Part shown: one piece after another, positions 36,604 to 46,133 of the stretch
Numbering within the stretch: the first letter of the stretch is position 1
Layout: the number at the start of each line of letters is the position of its first letter
DNA from: Minisyncoccia bacterium
Lineage (GTDB): Bacteria; Patescibacteriota; Minisyncoccia; Phycocordibacterales; UBA9973
Reading direction: 5' to 3'
NCBI GenBank assembly: GCA_041737125.1
Contig: JBGSSJ010000011.1
Coordinates: 33,568-97,567, forward strand
DNA: 64,000 bases
Notes under the pieces: model-generated
The model's input: only the letters and a program-made list of their open reading frames with translations
What the model was told of the DNA's origin: nothing
Databases searched by the model: none
Position numbers and translations under genes: made by a program

Positions 36604-39582
36604 TTATTTGTTTTTATATATCTCTGATTTTTTGCAATATTCGCATTCTGACTGCTCGCCTCCGTAAGGCTTGAAGTTACATGTGCGAGTAGTCCAGCCA
36701 CCAGATGAAAGTGCTTTGTCATAGTCACTTATATCACGCACAAGTAAATCTATCTCCTCTTGTGTTACTTTGCCACTATAAACTGCATTTTTATCTTTAT
36801 GGTCAACTTCGAGGAATAGTAATTTCGACTGTGTGACATTCTGCCCCGTGAGTAAATACGAATACATAGCAAGCTGACGCATCAAGGTACTTAGTCTACC
36901 TTCTTCATCACGCTTCTCTATCATACCCTTTGTCTTTGAGCTACCAGTTTTGAAATCTGTCACAGTTATACCCCCATCATAATTCTCGGTTAAGTCTATT
37001 TTGCCGTACATTTTCAAGTGAGGGAAATTCTTATCGTGGTACGACACAGAGCGCTCCGTCATGTAACTACTATGTATGTGTGGATAGTAATTGCGCGCCC
37101 AATTTGTTAATATCTTTTTCGCATTTTTATTTATTCTTTGTCGTAATGATTTATCTTTAACTATTTCTTTATCAAGAGCATTTTCTACTATCTCTCCGAG
37201 AACTTTATCTGTGACTTTTATTTTATCTTTTAATATTTTCTCTATACTTATATGCACCACACTACCCAAAGTTAAGCTCTCAGTCTTCGGCGTTGGAAGC
37301 TGGAGGAAGCTATTGAAATACCATTTCCACGGACACTCGAAAAAGTTATTAAGTAGTGTCACAGACACATTCTTATCCATATACTCTTTAGCGACGATAT
37401 CTGCTAACTCCTTCATCCCTACTATTTCTTTCTGTGAATTATTCTCTATATAAGTAAGTGGATTTTCCCCGCCTATTATTTTTATCGAATCCTCAACTTT
37501 ATTCTGTTTGATATTCTTCTCACCTATTTCTCCGATAATGCGAGCGACAGTAAGCGTACTACCAGAGAGTGAAGTTTGCGCATATGACACAGTGCAATGC
37601 CTTTTCGCCCTTGTAATTGCTACATAAAGTTCTCTTTTGGCTGTTAATTCATCTTTCGTTTCAACTATATTCTCTATTGATTCAGGCAGGATAAAGCCTC
37701 TTCTCCTACCGTTCATCAAGCTGTTCTCATTCATGTGAGCTATGTGAACTACATCAAATTCAAGCCCTTTCGAAGCATGGAGTGTCATCACATTTATACC
37801 TGATTGCACTCCAATTGTCGCAAGTGGTATGTGGTGATTGTATGATTCTAATCTATCTAAATATTCGATGAACTCGCCAAGAGTTGTATGTGGATGTTTC
37901 TCTATGTGTGATAATGCGAGGTGCAAATATGTGCGAATCACTTCCGCGTATCGTACTAGCTCATCATGCTCCCCTGTTTTATCTATGAAGAATTCTTTCC
38001 CTATCAATTGTAATAATGTGTAAATATCTCCGTTCTTATTTATCTCCATAAAAGATTCCAGACTTTTACCAAGAGCTCTTATAGGATTACTATCTGAGAA
38101 TAAATCTACACTATTATCTTTTGTATATTTAGTAAAATCTTCAACAGAAAGATTCCTGGTGTTGGTAGACTTTAGAAATGCGTGAGCTTCAAGCGGTGCA
38201 ATACTAGAGTTGGGTATGAATAATAATTCACCTAAAGCCACGCTATCATAAGGATCATTTATGGCTTTCAGAATATTTTTCAAAATATAAGTCTCATTCA
38301 TATCGAAGAACGAGCTATTGTTACCGACGGATACAGGAAGACCCATGTCTTTGAGTATTCTTACAGCAGAGCGTACATTCCTATTCTTCGGCACGAGCAG
38401 TGCACAATGACTAGGCTCTACACCATTATCAATATGACTTTTGAATAATTGACCTGCGAGCAGTACTTCATCACGCTCATATTCACAAGTGTAGAGCTCA
38501 ACAATAGAACTTTCTTTCGTATTACTTATGAGCTTACCTTCGGCCATTGTGCTCGTAAGTAGTACATCTGCAGTATCAAGAATGTCTTGAGTAGAGCGAT
38601 AATTATCCACAAGTGTTATCAGGTGCGCTTTACCAAATGAACTTTTGAATTCTTCAAAGAATGTGACCGATGCTCCTCCGAAGCCATAGATAAGCTGGCG
38701 GTCATCCCCCACTACGAATATATTCGGTCGCTCAACTTCACTCCAAATTGTTTTGAGGAATTGATTCTGTATACCACTCGAATCTTGATGCTCATCTATT
38801 AGGACATACTGACTATTCTCTTGTATCTCGGACTTCACATCATCTGAAATATTTATAATATTGAGCGCATAAGCAAGCACATCATCGTAATCCATGTAGC
38901 CTTGTTCCCTTTTCGTCTTCTCATAAATGGCATAAAATGTTACTGCTTCTTTGGATCGCAACAACGACTCTATCTTCTTCTCCACTTCCTTTTTCAGTTG
39001 ACCCTTACTCTCGCCTCGGCTAGAAATACTTTCAGGATCATTCTCTATAATTTTTATCTCCTCATCGATCATCTTACCGAAACTTTCTGCCGTAATAGAC
39101 TCACGCTTCAATAATGATATTAGTGACTTTAAATCATGGAAATATTGTGATGGGTTATTACGAGGACGCAAGTACTCCCACTCATTCTTGTGTAGAATTT
39201 CATCAAAAAGTAAAACAGAGTCTTGCTCATCGATAAGGATAGGCATAGATTCCATATCAAGAAGAGCATAGTGCTTCTCTACAATTTTCTGTGCAAAGCT
39301 ATGGAAGGTAGAGACTTGGACTTCACCTGATGCTTCACCGATATATTTCTTCAGACGTTCGCGCATAGCAAAGACTCCGGAATTCGTAAATGTCAGACAT
39401 AATACTCCATGTGGACCAATGTCTGTTTTTATCAATATGTTTGCAATACGAAGAGCGAGTACTTCTGTCTTCCCTGTACCTGGGCCTGCCACTACCATCA
39501 CAGGGCCATCGATAGTATCCACAGCTTCTTTCTGTTTGTTATTGAGCATTTTATAGGATTGTTCGAAAGTCGCCTTATGCAT
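36604..39582 (-). CDS. UvrD/PcrA-family SF1 helicase fused to C-terminal RecB/Cas4-like PD-(D/E)XK nuclease with Cys cluster
   Basis: N-terminal 'MVVAGPGTGKTEVLALRIANIL' (motif I); C-terminal 'ITVTDFKTG' nuclease motif and Cys pattern FECPW...C-x11-C-x2-C. Confidence 0.75.
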   Translation of the reverse strand: MHKATFEQSYKMLNNKQKEAVDTIDGPVMVVAGPGTGKTEVLALRIANILIKTDIGPHGVLCLTFTNSGVFAMRERLKKYIGEASGEVQVSTFHSFAQKIVEKHYALLDMESMPILIDEQDSVLLFDEILHKNEWEYLRPRNNPSQYFHDLKSLISLLKRESITAESFGKMIDEEIKIIENDPESISSRGESKGQLKKEVEKKIESLLRSKEAVTFYAIYEKTKREQGYMDYDDVLAYALNIINISDDVKSEIQENSQYVLIDEHQDSSGIQNQFLKTIWSEVERPNIFVVGDDRQLIYGFGGASVTFFEEFKSSFGKAHLITLVDNYRSTQDILDTADVLLTSTMAEGKLISNTKESSIVELYTCEYERDEVLLAGQLFKSHIDNGVEPSHCALLVPKNRNVRSAVRILKDMGLPVSVGNNSSFFDMNETYILKNILKAINDPYDSVALGELLFIPNSSIAPLEAHAFLKSTNTRNLSVEDFTKYTKDNSVDLFSDSNPIRALGKSLESFMEINKNGDIYTLLQLIGKEFFIDKTGEHDELVRYAEVIRTYLHLALSHIEKHPHTTLGEFIEYLDRLESYNHHIPLATIGVQSGINVMTLHASKGLEFDVVHIAHMNENSLMNGRRRGFILPESIENIVETKDELTAKRELYVAITRAKRHCTVSYAQTSLSGSTLTVARIIGEIGEKNIKQNKVEDSIKIIGGENPLTYIENNSQKEIVGMKELADIVAKEYMDKNVSVTLLNNFFECPWKWYFNSFLQLPTPKTESLTLGSVVHISIEKILKDKIKVTDKVLGEIVENALDKEIVKDKSLRQRINKNAKKILTNWARNYYPHIHSSYMTERSVSYHDKNFPHLKMYGKIDLTENYDGGITVTDFKTGSSKTKGMIEKRDEEGRLSTLMRQLAMYSYLLTGQNVTQSKLLFLEVDHKDKNAVYSGKVTQEEIDLLVRDISDYDKALSSGGWTTRTCNFKPYGGEQSECEYCKKSEIYKNK

Positions 39583-39621
39583 AGACTCATTATACTAGAC
39601 TATAGATAAAATGAGAAAATA

Positions 39622-39630
39622 AGCTATAAT
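39622..39630 (+). promoter_or_regulatory. AGCTATAAT -10 box 6 nt upstream of ABC-transporter ATG
   Basis: same 'taagctataat' 11-mer occurs before 43282 gene. Confidence 0.4.
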
Positions 39631-39636
39631 CAAGCA

Positions 39637-41376
39637 ATGAAAATATTATACCCATATGTTACAAAGTATTGGAAAGTCCTCATCCTTGCACTCGCACTTG
39701 CCACTATAAACCAAGTCTTCTCTTTACTCGATCCTTTAATCTTCCGCCATGTTATTGATAACTATGCGACGAAATTCGACCATTATACTTTGAACGAATT
39801 TATAAGAGGTGTGGGCTTGCTGCTACTTGCTGCTGTAGGTGTCGCTTTCGTATCACGCGTCGCGAAGAATTTCCAAGACTATTATGTAAATACAATTACA
39901 CAGAAAGTCGGAGCAGAAATGTATGCCGATGGTATCAAGCACTCACTCGAGCTACCTTACCAACAATTCGAGGATGAACGCAGTGGTGAAACATTAGGCA
40001 AAATTCAGAAAGCACGCACTGATACAGAGAAATTAATCAATGGATTAATTAATGTCGTTTTCATTTCTTTGGTTGGCTTCATCTTCGTTATGATTTATGC
40101 GATGAAAGTTTACTGGCCGATAGCACCACTTTACTTCCTTGCTATTCCTCTTATAGGTGGGACAAGCTTTTTATTATCAAACAAAATAAAAAAGGTTCAG
40201 AAAAAGATATTCGAAGAGACAGCAGCCCTCGCCGGTACTACAACTGAATCGCTCCGCAATATTGAATTAGTTAAGAGCTTAGGTTTATCCAAGCAGGAAA
40301 TCGATCGCCTTAATAGCACTACGGACAAGATACTCATTCTTGAATTAAAGAAAGTGAAATATCTACGTAGCTTATCCTTCATTCAAGGAACTATTGTGAA
40401 CTTCGTACGAACTGCGATACTATTCATAATGCTCTACCTTATATTTACGCAGAAAATTACTTTCGGTGAATTCTTCTCTCTTTGGATTTATTCATTCTTC
40501 TTATTCCAGCCACTCCAAGAACTTGGCAATATAATCAGCACTTACCGAGAGAGCGAAGCAAGCCTCGAGAACTTTAAGCAAATAATAGAGGCTCCTATAG
40601 AACAAAAACCTACAGGCGCGATTAAAATCGATAAGATAGAATCATTATCATTTGAAAGTGTGAAATTCAAGCATAAATCTGCAAACACTGAAGCCCTTGG
40701 TGGTGTATCGTTTGACGCCAAGCGCGGTGAGACTATAGCATTCGTCGGCCCTTCTGGCTCTGGCAAGACTACACTAGTGAAGCTCCTTGTTGGACTATAT
40801 CAGCCAATAGTTGGAGATATAAAATACAACAATACTTCCTATAACAAAATAGATATCGACACAGTTCGCTCTCAAATAGGATTCGTCACTCAGGACACAC
40901 AACTATTCGCAGGAACTATTCGCGAGAATTTATTATTCGTAAATCCTGATGCGACGGATGCAATGTGTCTAGATGTGCTTGAGAAAGCTTCATGCCAGAC
41001 ACTTCTTGCTCGTGCTGAGAAAGGACTCGACACTGTCATAGGTGAAGGTGGAGTGAAAGTCTCCGGTGGTGAGAAGCAGCGCTTATCTATAGCTCGTGCG
41101 CTCCTTCGCAAGCCGAAGCTTCTAGTATTCGATGAAGCGACTTCATCACTAGATTCAATTACTGAAGAAGAAATATCAAAAACAGTACAATCCATAAGTG
41201 AAGCAAAAGAGCATATCACCGTCCTTATCGCTCACAGACTTTCTACTATCATGCATGCTGATCGTATCTACGTCCTTGAAAAGGGGCTGATTATAGAGAG
41301 TGGTTCTCACCAAAGCCTCATAGACCAAAAAGGCCTCTACGCCGCCATGTGGAGACAACAAATTGGGGAAAAATAG
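39637..41376 (+). CDS. ABC exporter, fused permease-ATPase (MsbA/MdlB-like)
   Basis: 6-TM N-terminal half; Walker A 'GPSGSGKTT', signature 'VSGGEKQRLSIARAL', Walker B 'LLVFDEATSSLD'. Confidence 0.85.
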   Translation: MKILYPYVTKYWKVLILALALATINQVFSLLDPLIFRHVIDNYATKFDHYTLNEFIRGVGLLLLAAVGVAFVSRVAKNFQDYYVNTITQKVGAEMYADGIKHSLELPYQQFEDERSGETLGKIQKARTDTEKLINGLINVVFISLVGFIFVMIYAMKVYWPIAPLYFLAIPLIGGTSFLLSNKIKKVQKKIFEETAALAGTTTESLRNIELVKSLGLSKQEIDRLNSTTDKILILELKKVKYLRSLSFIQGTIVNFVRTAILFIMLYLIFTQKITFGEFFSLWIYSFFLFQPLQELGNIISTYRESEASLENFKQIIEAPIEQKPTGAIKIDKIESLSFESVKFKHKSANTEALGGVSFDAKRGETIAFVGPSGSGKTTLVKLLVGLYQPIVGDIKYNNTSYNKIDIDTVRSQIGFVTQDTQLFAGTIRENLLFVNPDATDAMCLDVLEKASCQTLLARAEKGLDTVIGEGGVKVSGGEKQRLSIARALLRKPKLLVFDEATSSLDSITEEEISKTVQSISEAKEHITVLIAHRLSTIMHADRIYVLEKGLIIESGSHQSLIDQKGLYAAMWRQQIGEK

Positions 41377-41415
41377 AAATTTGCATAGCAAGTTAAATCT
41401 TGATAAAATGTACTT

Positions 41416-41766
41416 ATGAAAGAAAGTCTTAATCCTAATATGAATAATCTCTCTGAATTAAGTACAGAAAGAGAACTCTTACTAAAAGAGCAAAAGGAAT
41501 TACAAGAGTTTATGTCCTCTATACCGAGCCTTTCTTTCCCTTCTGATTGGAAAGTAAGTTTTAATGCTCCGCGAAAAGATTTTCCAGTATCTTTTATAAT
41601 AAATGAATCTGTCTCAGTTGTTTTAAATTATCAAGAGAAAAGATGGAATTTGCTCACATTGTACTCAGAACCTGTAGAAGAGGAGAATAGTATGTACGAC
41701 GGACGAACTAGTGATAATGTTGATGTTAATAAAGATTTAATTACTGTAATTCAGAAATATTTATAA
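41416..41766 (+). CDS. hypothetical protein (116 aa)
   Basis: intact ORF after ABC gene; overlaps murI 3' end convergently by 26 bp; no family recognised. Confidence 0.4.
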   Translation: MKESLNPNMNNLSELSTERELLLKEQKELQEFMSSIPSLSFPSDWKVSFNAPRKDFPVSFIINESVSVVLNYQEKRWNLLTLYSEPVEEENSMYDGRTSDNVDVNKDLITVIQKYL

Positions 41767-42499
41767 AAAATTCTTTCACTTTTACTACATCAGAACCTGA
41801 AGTCAAAATCTCAGGTTCTTTTTTATTATCTACTGGAGGGATATTATTCTCTTCTATCAATTGCTTCACCCTCTTAACTACGGATGGTGCTGGGTCGATG
41901 ATCTGCACTTTATCTCCTACTATTTTCTTTATCCGATTTATTAGGAATGCATAGTGTGTACAGCCGAGAACGAGCTCGTCTATGTCTTGCTCGATTAGTG
42001 GTTCTAAATATTCGCGTAAAAGTTTCTCTGCTTCATCACTATCACCCTTCCCTTCTTCTACAAGTTCTACTAAGCCATAACCCACCACAGTATGCACTTC
42101 TACATTACTTGCGAACTTATCTATATTCTCTTGTAATTTTTGTCCTTCTGCTGTCACTTTCGTCGCAAGCACTCCTATGTGCCCAGTCTGGGAATGCTCT
42201 CCTGCAGGCTTGATCGCAGGCTCGATACCCACAAATGGTATATCGTATTTCTCGCGTAGTATATCTATTGCAGCCGAAGTCGCAGTATTACAAGCGACAA
42301 CTACAAGCTCGCAATCCTTTGCAATCAAGAAGTCAGTAATATTAGATGAGAACTCTACTATCTCTTCCCTCGTATGAGATCCATAAGGAATATGCGCCTG
42401 ATCGGCATAATATATAAAGTTATAGTTGGGTAGCTCTTCCCTTAGATACTTCAGTATCCATAGTCCACCCAAGCCTGAATCAAATACTCCAATAGTCAT
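41741..42499 (-). CDS. murI: glutamate racemase
   Basis: 'IGVFDSGLGGLWILKYL', 'VVACNTATSAAI', 'LGCTHYAFL' motifs. Confidence 0.9.
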   Translation of the reverse strand: MTIGVFDSGLGGLWILKYLREELPNYNFIYYADQAHIPYGSHTREEIVEFSSNITDFLIAKDCELVVVACNTATSAAIDILREKYDIPFVGIEPAIKPAGEHSQTGHIGVLATKVTAEGQKLQENIDKFASNVEVHTVVGYGLVELVEEGKGDSDEAEKLLREYLEPLIEQDIDELVLGCTHYAFLINRIKKIVGDKVQIIDPAPSVVKRVKQLIEENNIPPVDNKKEPEILTSGSDVVKVKEFFINISELQ

Positions 42500-42503
42500 A
42501 TGC

Positions 42504-43190
42504 TTATCTTATCATAATTAACTTTTTAGTTGATTTCGTAAGTGTGATACAACCCTTCTTTGTAATTAGGCATGTATCTTCTATGCGAATTCCCAATTTA
42601 TTCTTCATGTATACACCAGGCTCTATGGTTATGACCATATTCTCTTTTAAGATTGGCTTTGTGAGCTTATGATAAAGTTTTGGTTCTTCGTGAATCTTCT
42701 TCCCTACTCCGTGGCCTAGTATATGGATAAAGTACTTTTTATATTTACCTAGTGAATTACGAACTATATCATCTACATCAGCACAATGCATTCCTGTCGT
42801 AGCTATATTTATACCTAACTCTTCAGATTTCAACATTAGACTATATAAATCTTTCTCTTCTTTTGTGGGTTTCCCTATAAAAATAGTTCTTGTCATATCC
42901 GACATATATCGCTCGTACACTACTCCGAAATCAATAATAACAAAACCGTATAATTTATTATCTGTTGATTGTGGGTGTATTTCATTTCCCGCACGTTTAC
43001 CTCCACTAACTATCAGTGGGAAGCTTGGCTTCAAACCTCTTTTCTTTATCTCCCCTAGTATAAAATCCCGAAGCTCTACCTCTGTCATCTTCTTCAAATC
43101 TTGTTTCAAGATTAAATCAAAAATATCATCCGTCACCTTGCATGCCTTTTTAACTTTCTCTATTTCTTCTTTTGTTTTTATTTGTGCCAT
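42504..43190 (-). CDS. map: M24-family metallopeptidase, catalytic pita-bread domain only (methionine aminopeptidase-like)
   Basis: 'IIDFGVVYERYMSDMTRT', 'HGVGKKIHEEP', 'EPGVY' metal-ligand motifs; 228 aa. Confidence 0.7.
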   Translation of the reverse strand: MAQIKTKEEIEKVKKACKVTDDIFDLILKQDLKKMTEVELRDFILGEIKKRGLKPSFPLIVSGGKRAGNEIHPQSTDNKLYGFVIIDFGVVYERYMSDMTRTIFIGKPTKEEKDLYSLMLKSEELGINIATTGMHCADVDDIVRNSLGKYKKYFIHILGHGVGKKIHEEPKLYHKLTKPILKENMVITIEPGVYMKNKLGIRIEDTCLITKKGCITLTKSTKKLIMIR

Positions 43191-43246
43191 ATAGCAATTA
43201 TTATACTATAAAAAACAGGTGGCATAACGAGGTATTTTACAAAATC

Positions 43247-43275
43247 TTGATACCAGGCTTATATTAAGCTATAAT
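43247..43275 (+). promoter_or_regulatory. sigma70-like promoter TTGATA-17 bp-TATAAT ending 6 nt before ATG of 43282 gene
   Basis: cTTGATAccaggcttatattaagcTATAATattgacATG. Confidence 0.5.
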
Positions 43276-43281
43276 ATTGAC

Positions 43282-44076
43282 ATGAGCATGAGTAATCCGT
43301 TTGATAGTAAAGTAGATTCTCCAGCAATGAAACCTGCGACTCAAGATACGAGTAAGGTAATTTCGGATTTTGAATTGTTAAAGAAAGATCTACGTGAGAA
43401 AATCAAAAACTTCACTCCGGAAGAAATAAAAGGTCTCAATAAAGATATAAGTGAACGGTTTACGTCTTTTACAACTGACTGTCTTTCTAGGTTTAAAAAA
43501 GTAGTTTCTCCAGAAATTTTTAATGATTTCTGTGAAGCATTGAAAAAGTATCCTATTATTGACCTAGCAGCTGGAGATCTTAAAAATGACGATGGGGAGT
43601 TGCTTGATTTACTTTATAAAGGAAATTGGAGAGATGGTGGGATGTATCATCCAAATCAAAATGACCCTTATTCAAATAATATAGACAAGGCTGGTTTACC
43701 CGAACCTGCAGGATATACTGCCGTAGATAAATATCAAAAAGCTACAAAGATATCAGATAATCCCCATATTACACAAGTTCAGGAAGATTTATTAGTTTAT
43801 TTAAAAGATACCCCAAATGGATCATCAAATATCTTCATTGGAGGATTTGATAATATTATATCTAGCCCGAAAGATGGAGAAGAAGATTTATATCGTGCTA
43901 TGCTTGTTCTTAAAATAGGAGATGTCGTTCCTGTAGGTGCCTACGTTCTATCAGTAAATTCAAACTTAGAAGGACGGCATCAGAATAAAATATTAAAACT
44001 TACAGACGTCGGATTTGAAAGGGTTGATACTAATGGAATTATGTATACTAATTTATACAAAAAAGTTTCTGAATAG
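43282..44076 (+). CDS. hypothetical cytoplasmic protein (264 aa)
   Basis: intact ORF with own promoter; no recognisable motifs. Confidence 0.5.
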   Translation: MSMSNPFDSKVDSPAMKPATQDTSKVISDFELLKKDLREKIKNFTPEEIKGLNKDISERFTSFTTDCLSRFKKVVSPEIFNDFCEALKKYPIIDLAAGDLKNDDGELLDLLYKGNWRDGGMYHPNQNDPYSNNIDKAGLPEPAGYTAVDKYQKATKISDNPHITQVQEDLLVYLKDTPNGSSNIFIGGFDNIISSPKDGEEDLYRAMLVLKIGDVVPVGAYVLSVNSNLEGRHQNKILKLTDVGFERVDTNGIMYTNLYKKVSE

Positions 44077-44196
44077 GGTTATACTGACTTGTTATTGGTT
44101 TTGTTATAGAAAACAAAGCTACTATGAAAATGCAGAAACAGTTGTTTGAAATTATTTGGGATAGCATCAAGTAACAACTAAAATAATAAAGGGATA

Positions 44197-44880
44197 TTAT
44201 TTCTGCAAATAGGTTAGCCAGTAGTCGCGCTTGTAGATACGGTCGTTAAAAGTAGAGTAGCTTGTCTTCTTCGTCAAAGATAGTATTTTGAAATATTGTC
44301 CATACATTTTCATAAAATCTTCACGAGAAAATACACGCTCTGTTAAGCCAATTTCTTTTAATATGTAAGTGTCATATTCTTTACCTGGGCTATCTTTGAG
44401 CAAATTCTTCACATTCTTATTGCCATCTTTGCAAAGTGCGCGGACGAACATATACCCTCCATCCTTCAGTACTCGATTGCATTCTGCCAGATAAACTTCT
44501 CGCCCTTTCTCATCGAGAGAATTCGATGAAGTCACATCTAGTATTATATCTATCGATGAATCTTCTAGCTCATACTTCTGCCCTATATCACCGAGTCTAT
44601 AGTCAACTTTCACACCTCCGTCTTTCACACGAGCAATAGCAAGGTTTAATGCTGTTTTTGATATTTCAATTCCTATTACATTATTACCTTTCTCTGCTAG
44701 GTAATTCGCATTCCTTCCTGTACCACAACCAAGGTCTAGAATGCTCTTATCTTCAACTACAAACTTCTGATCTTTTTTAAGAAATTTCAAGAACCGCAAA
44801 GTATCAGCATTCGGGCCGTCATTCTTCGTGACGAGTTTTGGATTCCTGTATTCCCTATCCCATGTATTCCCTTGATTCAT
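44197..44880 (-). CDS. class I SAM-dependent methyltransferase
   Basis: motif I 'ILDLGCGTGRNANYLA', motif post-I 'IGIEIS'. Confidence 0.75.
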   Translation of the reverse strand: MNQGNTWDREYRNPKLVTKNDGPNADTLRFLKFLKKDQKFVVEDKSILDLGCGTGRNANYLAEKGNNVIGIEISKTALNLAIARVKDGGVKVDYRLGDIGQKYELEDSSIDIILDVTSSNSLDEKGREVYLAECNRVLKDGGYMFVRALCKDGNKNVKNLLKDSPGKEYDTYILKEIGLTERVFSREDFMKMYGQYFKILSLTKKTSYSTFNDRIYKRDYWLTYLQK

Positions 44881-44881
44881 A

Positions 44882-46129
44882 TTAAGCTTTCGTTATATCA
44901 CGAGGATAGAATATATTCACTGTCCAGTCGACAACAATTTTAATTCGTTTTGATTTCGATAAGAATTTGAATAGGTATATCGTACGCCAGACGAACCAAG
45001 CAAGAGGACCAGAGAATTTAAATCCATAAATATCCGCCACTGCTCGCCATTGCCCAAGTGATACCAGGCTACCTTTTAGCTTAAAAGAGAATGGCGCGAG
45101 CTCTCCACCTTCGAGTAACCTTTTTATATTCCTCCCTACATGCGCGCCTTGGCTTACTGCGACTTGAGCAAGCATAGGCAGAGGCCTATCTTCGGGCTTA
45201 AGAGCGAAGCTTGCTACATCACCTAGCACAAATACATTCGGGTAATTCTCAATCTGTAGATATGAATTAACTATCACTCTGCCACCTTTATCAAGATGTA
45301 TTGGGCTTGAGAACACGGGAGTATTGGGCTTGACTCCAGCAGTCCACACAACAGTACTTACTGGTAATACTGAATCATCACCTAGCACCACGCTGTCCTT
45401 CCTTACTTCTTTGACGCTAGTATTAAGCATGACTTTTACTCCGCTATCCTTTAGCACTTCCAGAGCTTCTTTGCGTAATGATTCATGGAAAGGATTTAAT
45501 ACTTCACTACTTTGATTTATAAGTGATAAAGTTACATCCTCACACTTTATAATTCCATGATAATACTTCATGAGTGTATCATTTATAAGTTCAGCCATTT
45601 CTGTCACTATCTCTACTCCTGTCGGACCTCCACCCACCACAGCGAAAGTTAATTCCTTCTTTCTATCTTCTTCGTTCATCTCTGAAGCATCTTCGAACTT
45701 TTGTATAAGGAGGTTACGAAGCTTAATAGCATCACGTAAATCTTTCAGTACTAGTGCATGCTCCTCGGCACCAGGAGTGTTGAAGAAATTCGTCGTCGCA
45801 CCTAGTGCCACAACTAGCACATCGTACTTTAATTCACCTAAAGTTGTCTTTACTTTCTGATTGATACAATCAATAGATTCGAGTTCTGCAATGTGGAGCT
45901 TGTCATTCGTCTTGTATATAATCTGACGGATAGATTCTACAACTTGGTGATGTGATATACCTCCCGTCGCAACTTCGTGAAGCATAGGAGTGAAGAGGAA
46001 GTAGTTATTCCTATTCACTATCGTTATATCAATATCGTCGTGCTCGAAATATTTATACAAACCTTTATAAGTATAAAGTCCACCGAAGCCTCCACCCAGT
46101 ATTACAATTTTCTTCTTTTCTTTATTCAT
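44882..46129 (-). CDS. ndh: type II NADH dehydrogenase (NDH-2) / pyridine nucleotide-disulfide oxidoreductase
   Basis: two Rossmann motifs 'IVILGGGFGG' and 'FAVVGGGPTGVE'; C-terminal amphipathic/membrane segment. Confidence 0.8.
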   Translation of the reverse strand: MNKEKKKIVILGGGFGGLYTYKGLYKYFEHDDIDITIVNRNNYFLFTPMLHEVATGGISHHQVVESIRQIIYKTNDKLHIAELESIDCINQKVKTTLGELKYDVLVVALGATTNFFNTPGAEEHALVLKDLRDAIKLRNLLIQKFEDASEMNEEDRKKELTFAVVGGGPTGVEIVTEMAELINDTLMKYYHGIIKCEDVTLSLINQSSEVLNPFHESLRKEALEVLKDSGVKVMLNTSVKEVRKDSVVLGDDSVLPVSTVVWTAGVKPNTPVFSSPIHLDKGGRVIVNSYLQIENYPNVFVLGDVASFALKPEDRPLPMLAQVAVSQGAHVGRNIKRLLEGGELAPFSFKLKGSLVSLGQWRAVADIYGFKFSGPLAWFVWRTIYLFKFLSKSKRIKIVVDWTVNIFYPRDITKA

Positions 46130-46133
46130 ATTT

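Noticed and set aside
36432-36728. 98-aa minus-strand ORF bridging pheS and the helicase gene
   Set aside because: It overlaps the pheS N-terminus and the helicase C-terminus in another frame, which is a chance ORF.
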